In this document: in pieces, positions 1 to 10,069 of the stretch
How positions within the stretch are numbered: position 1 is the first letter of the stretch
Layout: every line of letters starts with the position of its first letter
IMG/VR virus record: IMGVR_UViG_3300029305_011610
Coordinates: 77,395 to 122,929 of that record
Reading direction: 5' to 3' (one strand)
Source of the DNA: a virus
Lineage: Duplodnaviria; Heunggongvirae; Uroviricota; Caudoviricetes
DNA: 45,535 nt
Position numbers and translations under genes: made by a program
The notes under the pieces: generated by a model
The model's input: the letters and a program-made list of their open reading frames with translations, nothing else
Database searches by the model: none
Told to the model about the DNA's origin: nothing

Positions 1-1
1 C

Positions 2-181
2 TCTGTAACAAGCCTAGTAAGAGCTGGTATCCCAGATACTGTTGTACAACAGTATATAGGTTGGAGTGATATTTCAATGGTTCCTGTTTACGTTGATATC
101 GATACTGATGAGCAGCTGAGTATGTACTTCAGTGGCGATGGTATTGTAACTCCAGAAAAGAAAAGCTTAGCTGATTTGTAA
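2..181 (+). CDS. 3' end of a tyrosine recombinase/integrase-family gene (truncated by the window edge)
   Basis: The frame from nt 2 reads SVTSLVRAGIPDTVVQQYIGWSDISMVPVYVD...ADL*. This fits the tyrosine recombinase C-terminal pattern (L..AG.P...Q..GW....M...Y, with candidate catalytic Tyr). The stop overlaps the RBS (AAGGAG) of the next gene. Confidence 0.7.
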   Translation, partial: SVTSLVRAGIPDTVVQQYIGWSDISMVPVYVDIDTDEQLSMYFSGDGIVTPEKKSLADL

Positions 182-191
182 AGGAGTACAT

Positions 192-626
192 ATGGATAAA
201 AAGGAACTAATACAGAAAGTAAATGAAGAACTAAGAGCAGCTGGACATAAGAAGCCAATTGCGCTTGAAAGGCATTCATTCTACATAACAGACAAATTCG
301 GAAACAGCGCCGAGTTTGTTGTAAAAGAAAAAGATAGAGAAGTGATCTATACCGCAGCGGATGTAAGAAAGGTAATCGACGCATGTGTCGAGGTTATTCT
401 GCGTGCGATCCAAAACGGAGAGAGTGTAAACATTTTCGGATTCGGAACATTCAAGGTTGTTACACGAAAGAAATCTCGTACAAATAATGTTAGAACCGGA
501 GAGATCATCGAGGTTCCGGCCCATGCTGTACCATGTTTTATATCCGGGGAGCGACTAAAGCGTGCCGCAAAGATTTATGGAAGAACCAATCTCCAGAGTA
601 ATAACACTGAGGAGGGCGATGAATAA
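192..626 (+). CDS. HU/IHF-family DNA-binding protein with an N-terminal insertion
   Basis: GESVNIFGFGTFKV..RKKSRTNNVRTGEIIEVPA..VPCFISGERLK is the HU signature. AAGGAG RBS. Confidence 0.9.
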   Translation: MDKKELIQKVNEELRAAGHKKPIALERHSFYITDKFGNSAEFVVKEKDREVIYTAADVRKVIDACVEVILRAIQNGESVNIFGFGTFKVVTRKKSRTNNVRTGEIIEVPAHAVPCFISGERLKRAAKIYGRTNLQSNNTEEGDE

Positions 627-1630
627 TGGCTCTCGAAACTAAGGCTGCTATTTTTGTTTGCAGTCGTTGCGGTAGAGGTTTTTCCAATAGTAGAAATAAT
701 TTTTACGTAAATCACGGACCGATTAATAAAAGTTCTGGTCACCTTTCTTGTTGTAAAGCGTGCGCAGAAGAAGTTTTTGCGTATTACTTTGATGAGTGTC
801 GCGATTATAAGAAAGCAATGCGTCAGTTTTGCAGGAAGTTCGACATCTACTGGAGTGAGAAAATGTATGAAGTTGTTGAACGCACTAATACTCCACAAAG
901 CCTTCTCGCTGCATACATGAAACGAACAAACAGCATTAATGTAGCTGGTAAGTGCTACGATGACACTCTTCGAGAGGAAGGGATTCTATGGAACTTTGAA
1001 CCTCAGCCCATCATCACCGCAGAACCCGTTGCAAGTACTAATGTTGTCGAAGAAGCAGAAGATATCATTGTACCAGATGACGTAACATCATTTTGGGGTC
1101 CAGGATATACTCCGTCTATGTATATGGAGCTTGAACAGCGTCGGCATTATTGGATGACTCGCTTCCCCGCCGGCACAGAAATTGATATCGGTACTGAAGC
1201 TCTGATTAGACAGATCTGCAATCTGGAGATTGATATCAATAAGGATAGAGCTGCGGGTAAGCCAATTGACAAGAGCGTTAATGCACTAAATACACTATTG
1301 GGCAGTGCTATGCTTAAACCGGCACAAAAGACAAAAGACGACAGTGCATCTAACGATGTTCCGTTTGGTGTTGGTATTGGTTGGTGTGAGAAGCATAAGC
1401 CCATAAAAGAACCGTCAGAAGAATTTAAGGATGTTGACGGCATTATCAAATACATCACCATCTGGCTGTATGGGCATTTAGGTAAGATGATGGGTAAGAA
1501 AAATATTCATTCTAAGTTGTATGAAGAAGAAATGGAAAGATTGCGAGTTGTTCGTCCAGAATACCACGATATCGAGGATGAGGACTTACTATACGAAGCT
1601 CTATCGGAGTCCGATGAACAATGGCGTTAA
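626..1630 (+). CDS. Zn-finger protein immediately upstream of terL; putative small terminase subunit
   Basis: CSRCG...CCKAC motif. Overlaps both HU and terL. The function call is from position only. Confidence 0.5.
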   Translation: MALETKAAIFVCSRCGRGFSNSRNNFYVNHGPINKSSGHLSCCKACAEEVFAYYFDECRDYKKAMRQFCRKFDIYWSEKMYEVVERTNTPQSLLAAYMKRTNSINVAGKCYDDTLREEGILWNFEPQPIITAEPVASTNVVEEAEDIIVPDDVTSFWGPGYTPSMYMELEQRRHYWMTRFPAGTEIDIGTEALIRQICNLEIDINKDRAAGKPIDKSVNALNTLLGSAMLKPAQKTKDDSASNDVPFGVGIGWCEKHKPIKEPSEEFKDVDGIIKYITIWLYGHLGKMMGKKNIHSKLYEEEMERLRVVRPEYHDIEDEDLLYEALSESDEQWR

Positions 1631-1809
1631 CATATGATAATGTAAGCCAGCAGACATTGGATGCCGTTGAAGAATGGGCATCGTACTACAGAGCCAATCC
1701 ACATCGTTTCGCTAAAGACATACTTAACTTAGACCTTCGTTTATTTCAAAAGATACTGCTTGTATTAATGAATACAGCTGTGGCCTTTGTGTTTATCGCC
1801 TCGAGAGGT
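1621..1809 (+). CDS. terL: Large terminase exon 1
   Basis: WASYYRANPHRFAKDILNLDLRLFQKILL...FIASRG. Ends at GGT in the middle of Walker A, which continues as LGKS at 2067. Confidence 0.9.
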
Positions 1810-2066
1810 TAACTGTGGCCTCACCGCATAGTAATATGCGGACAAAATAAGCGGGCAAAATCGGTGAACGCTAAGTCTTATGATACGCCAACACCGAGGT
1901 AACCAGAGACTCACTGGCACCGTAACGCATAGCGGTTGTGCAACAAGAGGAGCAATAATACCGCCACGAGTGTCCGCTCTCCGAAATTATTCGGAGAAAA
2001 ATATATGCTGAACTTATAGGAAACTATAAGAGCTATCGGATAAAAAGCCGATAGGTTAACAACATG
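1810..2066 (+). ncRNA. Group I intron 1 in terL (257 nt, no ORF)
   Basis: Exon ends in U and intron ends in G. P1 is GAGGU/GCCUC with a U.G wobble. P7-like CCGTAAC-GCATA...TATGC-TGAAC. Removal restores ASRG|LGKSF. Confidence 0.9.
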
Positions 2067-2165
2067 CTAGGAAAATCTTTTCTCTCTGCAGTATTTTGCG
2101 TCATTCGCGCAATACTGTATCCAGGCAGCAAAATAGTCATAGCGTCTGGAACTAGAGGGCAGGCT
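2067..2165 (+). CDS. terL: Large terminase exon 2 (99 nt; absent from the ORF track)
   Basis: [33 protein letters not shown], typical terminase ATPase sequence following Walker A. Confidence 0.9.
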
Positions 2166-3225
2166 TAATTATGGGTCGCCGTTATAGCAATATAACGGGC
2201 AAATTCTACTGAATTGCTGGGACACCCTTAGAGCTTTATCACCAAAACGGAATGGCGAATAGCCATATACGGCAATGGTATGAAAACGATAAAGATTGGG
2301 CAATCAGCAGCCAAGCCTCGAACAGAGGAAGGTTCAACGACCATCCCTATATGGGAGTAGCTACGCAAGTTGCTGGCGTGGCGAAGTGGTAGACACCCTA
2401 ATAAAGGGTGAAGATATGGTCTCGTCTTTGCAGAAATGCAAAGTGGTAAAGGTTACCATGCCGAGGTGGCGCTCGGCACAAACTATTACAATATGATTAT
2501 TGAGGAATATATGGGAATTGTAAAAGATTTAAAGGGATTGAAATTCAATAGGTTGACTGTAATCGATCGAGCAGAAAATGACAAGAGCGGTCGTGCGCGA
2601 TGGATATGCAAGTGTGATTGTGGAAATATTAAAGAGGTTGTCGGCAAATCACTAACAAGCGGACATACAAAATCTTGCGGATGTTTAAATAAGGAAATCG
2701 TTAGCCAGCTATCTGTTCATGATTTACGTAACAAAAAATTTGGACAGCTCACGGTTATCGAGAGAGGTGACGACTACATAAGCCCAAAGGGGAAACACCA
2801 TGTTAGATGGGTCTGCAGGTGTGATTGTGGGACTACTGTATTAGTTTCTGCAAATCAACTAACTTCTGGGAAGACAAAATCTTGTGGATGCTTATCGCGA
2901 AAAGGTTCTCACATCGTCCATGGAGGATGTTATGACAGACTTTATAAGGTGTATCATAATATGAAAAACCGTTGCTATAACGAAAATTCTAAAGACTATA
3001 AATACTATGGTGGCCGTGGAGTAAGAGTATGTGAGGATTGGTTAAATGACTATTTGGCATTTAAGAGTTGGGCATATAAAAATGGGTATGACGATAAAGC
3101 TGAATTTGGAAAGTGTACTTTAGATCGAATCGATGTAAATGGTTCATATAGTCCTGAGAATTGTAGATGGGTAGATATGGAAGTTCAATCAAATAATCGT
3201 AGAAATGTAATAGCTAAAAGAAACG
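2166..3225 (+). ncRNA. Group I intron 2 in terL (1060 nt) carrying an HNH-type endonuclease ORF
   Basis: Core motifs GAATTGCTGG, AATCAGCAGCCAAG, GAAGGTTCAACGACCA, GAAGATATGGTC. U/G boundaries. Removal gives TRGQA|INVLEKIML. Confidence 0.9.
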
Positions 3226-3239
3226 ATAAATGTCCTTGA
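2511..3239 (+). CDS. Intron-encoded HNH-type homing endonuclease
   Basis: Two LTVI.R....W.C.CDCG...L.SG.TKSCGCL repeats, YYGGRGVRVCEDW, and TLDRIDVNGSYSPENCRW...QSNNRR. GAGGA RBS before ATG 2511; the ORF track starts at 2436, inside the ribozyme core. Confidence 0.85.
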   Translation: MGIVKDLKGLKFNRLTVIDRAENDKSGRARWICKCDCGNIKEVVGKSLTSGHTKSCGCLNKEIVSQLSVHDLRNKKFGQLTVIERGDDYISPKGKHHVRWVCRCDCGTTVLVSANQLTSGKTKSCGCLSRKGSHIVHGGCYDRLYKVYHNMKNRCYNENSKDYKYYGGRGVRVCEDWLNDYLAFKSWAYKNGYDDKAEFGKCTLDRIDVNGSYSPENCRWVDMEVQSNNRRNVIAKRNDKCP

Positions 3240-3755
3240 AAAGATTATGTTAGAGCTCAAACCCAAATCGCCAGCATTGGCGTTTGAAATAGACGAAAAA
3301 CAAACAAAAATGAATGGTACAAATGCCCAAATAGTATTTAAGAACGGGTCTTATATTAAGGTTGTTACATCTGGGGATTCGGCGCGCGGGAACCGTGCTC
3401 ATATCCTTCTAATCGATGAATTTAGACTCGTTCCCAAAGATACAGTTGATACCATTCTAAGCAAATTTTTAATTAGTAATAGAATGCCAGAGTATCTGGA
3501 TCTTTCTAAAGAAGAGCGTGAGTTAGAGTATGCAAAAGAGGCAAACAAAATCTTATACCTCAGCAGTGCTTACTTCTCAGATTCATGGGCTTATAAGAAA
3601 TGTGAAGATACTTTTAATGCAATGGCAGAGGGGAATATGCGACATTTTGTATGCGGGTTCCCTTATCAAATCGCAATTGAAGAAGGGCTTTTAAGCGTTG
3701 AGTCCGTTGAGGATCAAATGCGAGAGTCCGACTTTAGTGAAGTAAAGTGGAGCAT
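3226..3755 (+). CDS. terL: Large terminase exon 3
   Basis: INVLEKIM...ARGNRAHILLIDEFRLV (Walker B), LYLSSAY (motif III), ending in KWS plus AT. Confidence 0.9.
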
Positions 3756-4120
3756 AAACATTTCTGTGCTCCTTAAACCTATTGAACCCTGTCCGCTTGC
3801 AGGGGGTGTCACAATGTGATGCTAACAGGGAAACAGTGACTGTATTACAAAAGAAGGTTTGCTAAATCATAAATGAATAATGATAATCGCCCAAGAAAAA
3901 TACTCATGGATATACCTTTTGTGTAATATAAAACTCAATCCTGTGCCAAGCCGAGCAGTGCTCGGAAGGTGCAACGACTATCGAACGGGACTGCATAGCC
4001 AGTTAACCTAGTAGAGTACATCGGAGATAAGCACCGATGGAAGCAGTAGGGCTCATAATATATGAGCATGATATAGTCTAAACCCTATTAAATACCACGA
4101 AAGTGGGGGTAATAAAAACG
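3756..4120 (+). ncRNA. Group I intron 3 in terL (365 nt, no ORF)
   Basis: P1 GGAGCAU/GUGCUCC. P10 CAUUUC pairs with the 3' exon GAAAUG. Core GCTAACAGGG, AATCCTGTGCCAAGC, GAAGGTGCAACGACTA, GATATAGTC. Removal gives KWS-M|EMGAEWFG. Confidence 0.9.
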
Positions 4121-5102
4121 GGAAATGGGCGCGGAGTGGTTCGGTGCAGCAGAAGACGCTTGGTTTGATTTTGATTCAATATCAAGTTCAAGAAAAATTG
4201 AGTATCCCTTGCTCCCAAATCGGTTATCGTCAAAACTATCAAATAACCCTAAGGTTAAAATTCCGGCTAAAAAGCATGGAGAAGTTAGAATTCTTTCTGC
4301 GGACATTGCTTTAATGTCTAGCAGAAAAAATAATAACGACGCAACTGCAATATTCATCAACCAGATGCTACCCACAAAAGCAAGGCGATATATGAGAAAC
4401 ATTATCTATACTGATGCTGTCGAGGGTATGCACACAGAAGATCAGGCTTTAATGATCCGTCGCTTATACGAGGAGTATGAGTGTGATTATATAGTGCTTG
4501 ACTGTCAAGGCGTTGGTGCCGGTATTTACGACTGTCTCATTAGAGATATAGCTGACAGGGAATTCGGAGAGCTATACCCTGCGCTCTCATGCTGCAATAA
4601 TGCAGAGATGGCTGCAAGATGTACGGTTCCTGGGGCGCAAAAAGTAATATGGGCAATTAAAGCAAACGCGCAGTTCAATTCGGACTGTGCATTTTTATTA
4701 CGAGAAGCTTTCAGAAGCGGTCGAATCAGATTACTTACAACGGAATACGAAGGCGAAGCTCTTTTAAAGGAAATGAAGGGGTATGACTCTTTAGGCCCAT
4801 CAACAAAACAAGAACTTATGATGCCTTATATTCACACAACGCTTCTAATTAATGAACTTACGAAATTACAACACGAAGAAGCAAATGGTAGAGTTCGACT
4901 ATATGAACGTTCTGGAATGCGCAAAGACCGATACTCAAGCTTAGCATATAACTACTATGTGTCTGTGCAGCTAGAGCAAAAACTTAACAAAAAACTAAAT
5001 ACTAATAAAGAGGAAGATGTTTTTATCATCAAACCTCCTAACACTAAAGGAAAGGCGGTGAATAGAACCCGTGGCAAAAAGTCAGTCCCAAGCTGGTACT
5101 AA
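4121..5102 (+). CDS. terL: Large terminase exon 4 (nuclease domain); spliced CDS 1800 nt = 599 aa
   Basis: ILSADIALM, IVLDCQGVG and RKDRYSSLAY RNase H-like nuclease motifs. Exon sum 189+99+530+982 = 1800, in frame. Confidence 0.9.
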
Positions 5103-6585
5103 GAAAACGGCTACAAGAAAGAAGGTTCCGGAAGTAAAACCTGAACCAAAGAAGTCAGAGATTGAAGGTTATATCGGAATCTCAAGTAAGTTTGCTACCC
5201 TTAACAAGCTGATTACTCGAGATTTAAATAATAATACAACAACACCAACCTTCTCTTTATACACAAAGGATAATATTAATACATACTTGTCCGATCCTTA
5301 TCGTTATGAGAAGGAACTTCGTAAGGCAGTTGTTTATATTTACAACGCAAGCCCTCATTTTAGACGAGTTATAAACTATTTTGCTGCGCTTTCCGACCTG
5401 TCATATATCATTTCTCCGCATAGAATTGATCCAAAGAAAGCTAACGCATCAACATTAACACGTAACTATCGTAAGGTATCTGATGTTGTGTCGTCCATGA
5501 ATTTAAAATCTCAAGGCCCTAAAATTCTAAAAGTATGTCTGAGAGAAGACACATATTATGGAACAATGTGGGTGACTAACGAGAACATCATTTTTCAACA
5601 ACTGCCAAGCGATTACTGTTCAATTTCAGAAATCGAAGGTAATGTTGCTAATGTTACATTCGACTTTTCTTATTTTGACTCAAGACAAGCTTTGTTAGAG
5701 TATTATCCGCCAGAATTTCAAAAAAAGTACAATGTGTACAGAAACAATAGAACAGAGAAATGGATCACACTCGACTCCCCTACCTCTTTTGCCATAAAAG
5801 CAAATTCAGATATTTGGGATTATGCTATACCGCCGTTCGCTGGCGTGCTTCGAGAGATATATGACTTAGAAGACTACCGACAACTAAAACTATCCAAGAC
5901 AGCTTTGGAAAACTATGCAATGCTTGTCATGGATTTAGGGATGAATGAAGAAGGCAACTTCCAAATGGATCTTCCAAAAGCGAAAGAGTTCTGGAGAAAC
6001 CTAGACGCAGTACTGCCTGACGAAGTTGGTTCCGTCCTTTCCCCTATGCCAATCAATAAGATTAGCTTTGAAAAGTCTCACACTGCGAATACAGACACAA
6101 TAGCAGAAGCCGAACAAAATGTGTTCACAGCTGCCGGCGTTTCCTCGTTACTATTCAATAATGACAAAGCATCTGCAAATGCACTGCTTCTGTCTATTAA
6201 GGCCGACCAAGCTATCACATTTGGCATTGTGAGAAGTATTGAAGATATGGTTAATCGTTATATTCAGTCTCTGAGTTTTGGTAAAAACTTTAAAGTTACC
6301 TTCTTGGACGTCTCTCCGTATAACAGAGACGAGGTTGGCGATATGTACTTGAAAGCAGCACAATATGGCCTGCCAACGGTATCCGCGTATGCGGCTTCCC
6401 AGGGACTTCCTCAAGAGGACTTCGATTCTATGAATTTCCTTGAAAATGAAATCCTTGGAATTAAAGACGCTTTTATTCCTTTACAAAGCTCTTCTACGCA
6501 GAGCGCCTCCGCAGAGCCAGGAGCTCCAACGAAGGACGCTAAAGATTTAACCGAAAGCGGTGAGCAAAACCGAGAGGATGCATAA
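5071..6585 (+). CDS. Portal protein
   Basis: 504 aa, GTG start with RBS, directly after terL. Size and synteny fit a portal. Confidence 0.75.
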   Translation: MAKSQSQAGTKKTATRKKVPEVKPEPKKSEIEGYIGISSKFATLNKLITRDLNNNTTTPTFSLYTKDNINTYLSDPYRYEKELRKAVVYIYNASPHFRRVINYFAALSDLSYIISPHRIDPKKANASTLTRNYRKVSDVVSSMNLKSQGPKILKVCLREDTYYGTMWVTNENIIFQQLPSDYCSISEIEGNVANVTFDFSYFDSRQALLEYYPPEFQKKYNVYRNNRTEKWITLDSPTSFAIKANSDIWDYAIPPFAGVLREIYDLEDYRQLKLSKTALENYAMLVMDLGMNEEGNFQMDLPKAKEFWRNLDAVLPDEVGSVLSPMPINKISFEKSHTANTDTIAEAEQNVFTAAGVSSLLFNNDKASANALLLSIKADQAITFGIVRSIEDMVNRYIQSLSFGKNFKVTFLDVSPYNRDEVGDMYLKAAQYGLPTVSAYAASQGLPQEDFDSMNFLENEILGIKDAFIPLQSSSTQSASAEPGAPTKDAKDLTESGEQNREDA

Positions 6586-6770
6586 TGGAAAAATTCTTAT
6601 ATGTTTTTGATGAGGCTACTAGAGATCGATTATTAAAAAGAAACTTTAAACTATTAAAAAGTAATGAAAAAGATAATGTTTATGTTTTTATAAATGATCC
6701 CGAAGCTATGATTGGCGAGGCCGTATTTGAAAGTGATACAATTTTGCTTTCTAATATGCTGACATTTTAA
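6585..6770 (+). CDS. Small hypothetical head-module protein
   Basis: 61 aa, coupled to the portal stop (TAATG), GAGGA RBS. Confidence 0.7.
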   Translation: MEKFLYVFDEATRDRLLKRNFKLLKSNEKDNVYVFINDPEAMIGEAVFESDTILLSNMLTF

Positions 6771-6782
6771 ATAACAAACGAC

Positions 6783-6814
6783 ATGACCCGTACTGCTTGC
6801 AGTACGGGCATTTT
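6783..6814 (+). terminator. Stem-loop, probable intrinsic terminator
   Basis: CCCGTACTGC-TT-GCAGTACGGG followed by CATTTT. Confidence 0.6.
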
Positions 6815-6823
6815 AGTTAGGAG

Positions 6824-8374
6824 GTGATTTCGATGCCAAAGGTTGCTCGAATGACATACTCTTCTAGTCTCAATTCCTTGTGCGAAGTAAACTCATCTTT
6901 TGATACGGGTATTTTGCGAATTGCATATACCGGTAAGAACAGAAATGGTAGCCATATTTCAAAAGAAGTATTCGAAAAGTGTATACAGACAATGTATAAC
7001 TGCCCTATTGTATGCAATTACGATCGAGAAATTGACGATCTTGGTGGCCATGATTTAGAGGTAGTGCGAGATAGTAAAGGAAATCTAAAGTTAATCAACG
7101 CCACTGTTCCAGTTGGTGTTGTTCCAGAAAGCAGCAAGTATTTCTGGGATATCGTTGAAGAGAATGATGGAAGTACAAAAGAGTATCTATGCACAGATGT
7201 TTTAATTTGGAAGCGCCAAGAAGCGTATGAGAAACTAAAAAATGACGGCATCGTTGCACAGTCTATGGAGATTACCATAAAAGATGGTGAAATGATAGAC
7301 GGCGTATACACTATTTATGATTTTGAGTTCACTGCATTTTGCCTGCTTGGAGAAGACCATGAGCCATGTTTTGAGAGTGCAGCTCTCAGCTTATTCTCCT
7401 ATGATGAGTTTAAAAGTCAAATGGCAGAAATGATGAGCGAACTAAGAAAAACTTTTACCTTAACCACTCCCTCACTCGAGGATGGTAATAAACACCCACT
7501 CAACTTACAGAAGAAAGGAGATGAGAAGGTATTGGACGAAAAAATTGCATTGGTTGCAGAGTACGGCTTAAACATTGATGATCTTGATTTTTCTTTAGAA
7601 GATATCACTATCGAAGAGCTGCGTGAAAAATTCGAAGCTATGAAGGCTAATGAGCCTGCAGTAGATGACCCCACTCAGTACACCGCGTTGTATGCTCTGT
7701 CTGGCCAGATAGACGAAGAAATTCATCGTGCGCTGAGAGCAGTGACTGTCGAGCGTCCTTGGGGCGAAGCTCCACGATATTGTATGTTCGACTATGACAT
7801 CGCTCTGATGGAACTGTATTGTCATGATCTAGAAGATGATTGGAAACTGTATGGTTTTAAGTTCGCAATGAATGGCGACCGCGTTGAAATCGACTTTGAA
7901 AGCAAGAAGCGTATGAAGTTCGCAGTAGTTGAATTCGATGAAGGCGAACAAGCTATTCCTTTTGCTGATGTATTTGTAAACATTGTCGATAGAGCAACCG
8001 CAAACGATACCCAGTGGTCTGAAAAGTATCAGGCTATCTCCGACACCGTTGTTTCAATGGAGAGTGAACTTGGCGAACTCCGTCAATTTAAGACCGACAC
8101 CGTAAAGGCAGCAAAGGACGCCGAACGTGAAGAAGTCTTCGCTCAGTTTGAAGACTTAGTAGGTGTCGAAGAATTTGAAGTTCTGAAAGAAAACTGCGAA
8201 GATATGGATATGGACGCACTGCAGGAAAAATGCTTTGCAATTCGTGGTAAGCGCGCAGTGTTTACTAAGGCATCCGAACCCCGTAGTCCTAAGTTCGTAG
8301 TAGACAAGGCAAAGAACCAAGAGTCTAGCCCCTATGGCGATCTGTTTACCAAATACCCCGTAAGCCATCTGTAA
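6824..8374 (+). CDS. Prohead protease/scaffold fusion
   Basis: N-terminal protease-like domain (NRNGSHISK, QSMEI, FTAFCLLG...PCFESA) and an acidic coiled-coil C-terminus; upstream of the capsid genes. Confidence 0.7.
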   Translation: MISMPKVARMTYSSSLNSLCEVNSSFDTGILRIAYTGKNRNGSHISKEVFEKCIQTMYNCPIVCNYDREIDDLGGHDLEVVRDSKGNLKLINATVPVGVVPESSKYFWDIVEENDGSTKEYLCTDVLIWKRQEAYEKLKNDGIVAQSMEITIKDGEMIDGVYTIYDFEFTAFCLLGEDHEPCFESAALSLFSYDEFKSQMAEMMSELRKTFTLTTPSLEDGNKHPLNLQKKGDEKVLDEKIALVAEYGLNIDDLDFSLEDITIEELREKFEAMKANEPAVDDPTQYTALYALSGQIDEEIHRALRAVTVERPWGEAPRYCMFDYDIALMELYCHDLEDDWKLYGFKFAMNGDRVEIDFESKKRMKFAVVEFDEGEQAIPFADVFVNIVDRATANDTQWSEKYQAISDTVVSMESELGELRQFKTDTVKAAKDAEREEVFAQFEDLVGVEEFEVLKENCEDMDMDALQEKCFAIRGKRAVFTKASEPRSPKFVVDKAKNQESSPYGDLFTKYPVSHL

Positions 8375-8409
8375 GTGGCTACAAAACTAATATTTGCTAT
8401 CAAGCATGT

Positions 8410-8440
8410 GCCCGCTCAAAGAAGCGGGTCTTTTTATTTT
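8410..8440 (+). terminator. Intrinsic terminator
   Basis: GCCCGCT-CAAAGA-AGCGGGT followed by a T-tract. Confidence 0.7.
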
Positions 8441-8466
8441 AAAAATTAAAAGGAGGCTTATTTATT

Positions 8467-8958
8467 ATGAGCTATTGTGTAATTCGCACTGATCTGATGA
8501 GCGGCGAAACTCAGGCTGCTGATCTGGTTTCTCTGCGTTTCTATGACGCAAATGATGAAATGGCTGAAGTAGAAAACGGCACTATTGTTGAGCTGTTTGG
8601 CTACGAAGAAGGCCAGCGTGAAGTAATGAAGGCAAAGGCAGCAACTGCATCTTCTGATATTGAAAGCTGCGCGGTTGTAGCTGGTGTCGAGGTGATGTAC
8701 GACGAACGCAAGCGTAATCTGGATGAATACATCAACGAATCCGGTAAGGCTATCCGCGGCTATATCCCCCGTAAGCGCAATATGTACTCCATTACCAAGG
8801 AAGGCTTTGTAGATGAAGCTGTTCCTGTAGTTGGCGGTAAGGTTGGCATTGGTGCTGAAGGTAAGCTGGATGCTTCTGCTACTGGCTATGGCGAATGTGT
8901 AGCTATCGAAGAGGCTGGCCGTTACACCTATTACACCATTGAGATCACCAAGGCTTAA
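8467..8958 (+). CDS. Capsid decoration/minor head protein
   Basis: 163 aa, GGAGG RBS, strongly biased codon usage shared with the major capsid gene, directly upstream of it. Confidence 0.6.
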   Translation: MSYCVIRTDLMSGETQAADLVSLRFYDANDEMAEVENGTIVELFGYEEGQREVMKAKAATASSDIESCAVVAGVEVMYDERKRNLDEYINESGKAIRGYIPRKRNMYSITKEGFVDEAVPVVGGKVGIGAEGKLDASATGYGECVAIEEAGRYTYYTIEITKA

Positions 8959-8988
8959 TGGAATTTTTGAAAACGGAGGGAAATTACT

Positions 8989-10008
8989 ATGGCTGATATG
9001 AATGCAATTGTAAAGCTGGCCGTGGATAACTATCACGGCAAGGTAGAAAACTATTCTACCGAACAGTCCAACGAAGTACTGCGTCAGGCTCTGGTAGAAG
9101 CTAATGGTGGTAGCACTACTCTGGACTTTAAGAAGATTCGCGATGGCGAATGCAGAGGTCTGTTTGCTCTGATCGAGACTATCCTGTCTCGCACCGTAGT
9201 AGCTGGCCTACAGGGTGATGAGTTCTTTAACGCTATGGTCGAATTCCGCAATGTTGCAGAAGGCGACAAAAACCTATTCCTAGTTGAAGACGATGATCTG
9301 TTTGTCGTTGCTGAAGTAGCAGATGGCACTCAGGGCGTACGCCGTCAGAGACTGGGCGGAAGCTCTGAAGTCTCCATCCCCACCTCTCTGAAGATGGTTA
9401 AAATCTATGAAGAACTGAACCGTGTTCTGTCTGGTCGTGTTGACTTCAATCACTTCATTAACAAGGTTTCTGAATCTTTCCGTCAGCACCTGCTGAACGA
9501 AATTTACACTCTGTGGAGTGGCGTAACCGCTGAACAGATGGGCGGCACTACCTACTTCCCCGAAGCTGGCGTTTATGATGAAGACGAACTGCTGGATCTG
9601 ATTTCTCATGTAGAAGCAGCTGCTGGTGGTAAGCCCGCTACCATCGTTGGCACCAAGAAGGGTCTGCGTAACCTGAAGCCCTCTATCGACAGCGACGGCT
9701 ACAAGAACGATATGTATAACATGGGCTACATGGGCAAGTTCTACGGCACTCCTGTTGCTGTTGTGCCTCAGCGCCACAAGGTAGGTTCCACCGAGTTCGT
9801 TATGGACGACGATGTCATCACCATTATCGCTGGCGATAATCGCCCCATTAAGTGCATCTATGAAGGCGACCCCATTATGCTGATGGGTGATCCTATGCAG
9901 AATGCAGATCTTACTCAGACCTTCCTGTACGCAGAAAAGTACGGCCTGGGTCTGATTCTGGCTGGTGGCAACTCCGGCATCGGTCGTTACGAAATCGTTA
10001 ACAACTAA
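8989..10008 (+). CDS. Major capsid protein
   Basis: 339 aa, GGAGGG RBS, highly biased codon usage (CTG, GGC, GAA), synteny, followed by a terminator. Confidence 0.8.
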   Translation: MADMNAIVKLAVDNYHGKVENYSTEQSNEVLRQALVEANGGSTTLDFKKIRDGECRGLFALIETILSRTVVAGLQGDEFFNAMVEFRNVAEGDKNLFLVEDDDLFVVAEVADGTQGVRRQRLGGSSEVSIPTSLKMVKIYEELNRVLSGRVDFNHFINKVSESFRQHLLNEIYTLWSGVTAEQMGGTTYFPEAGVYDEDELLDLISHVEAAAGGKPATIVGTKKGLRNLKPSIDSDGYKNDMYNMGYMGKFYGTPVAVVPQRHKVGSTEFVMDDDVITIIAGDNRPIKCIYEGDPIMLMGDPMQNADLTQTFLYAEKYGLGLILAGGNSGIGRYEIVNN

Positions 10009-10021
10009 TTTGATACCAAGT

Positions 10022-10052
10022 AAAGCGGAGCCTTAACTGGTTCCGCTTTTTT
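10022..10052 (+). terminator. Intrinsic terminator after the capsid gene
   Basis: AAAGCGGAGCC-TTAACT-GGTTCCGCTTTTTT. Confidence 0.75.
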
Positions 10053-10069
10053 GAATGAAAGGAATTAAT

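Noticed and set aside
1621-5102. terL as a fragmented pseudogene (ORFs 1621, 3247, 4125)
   Set aside because: The breaks coincide exactly with group I intron boundaries, and splicing restores a single 599-aa frame.
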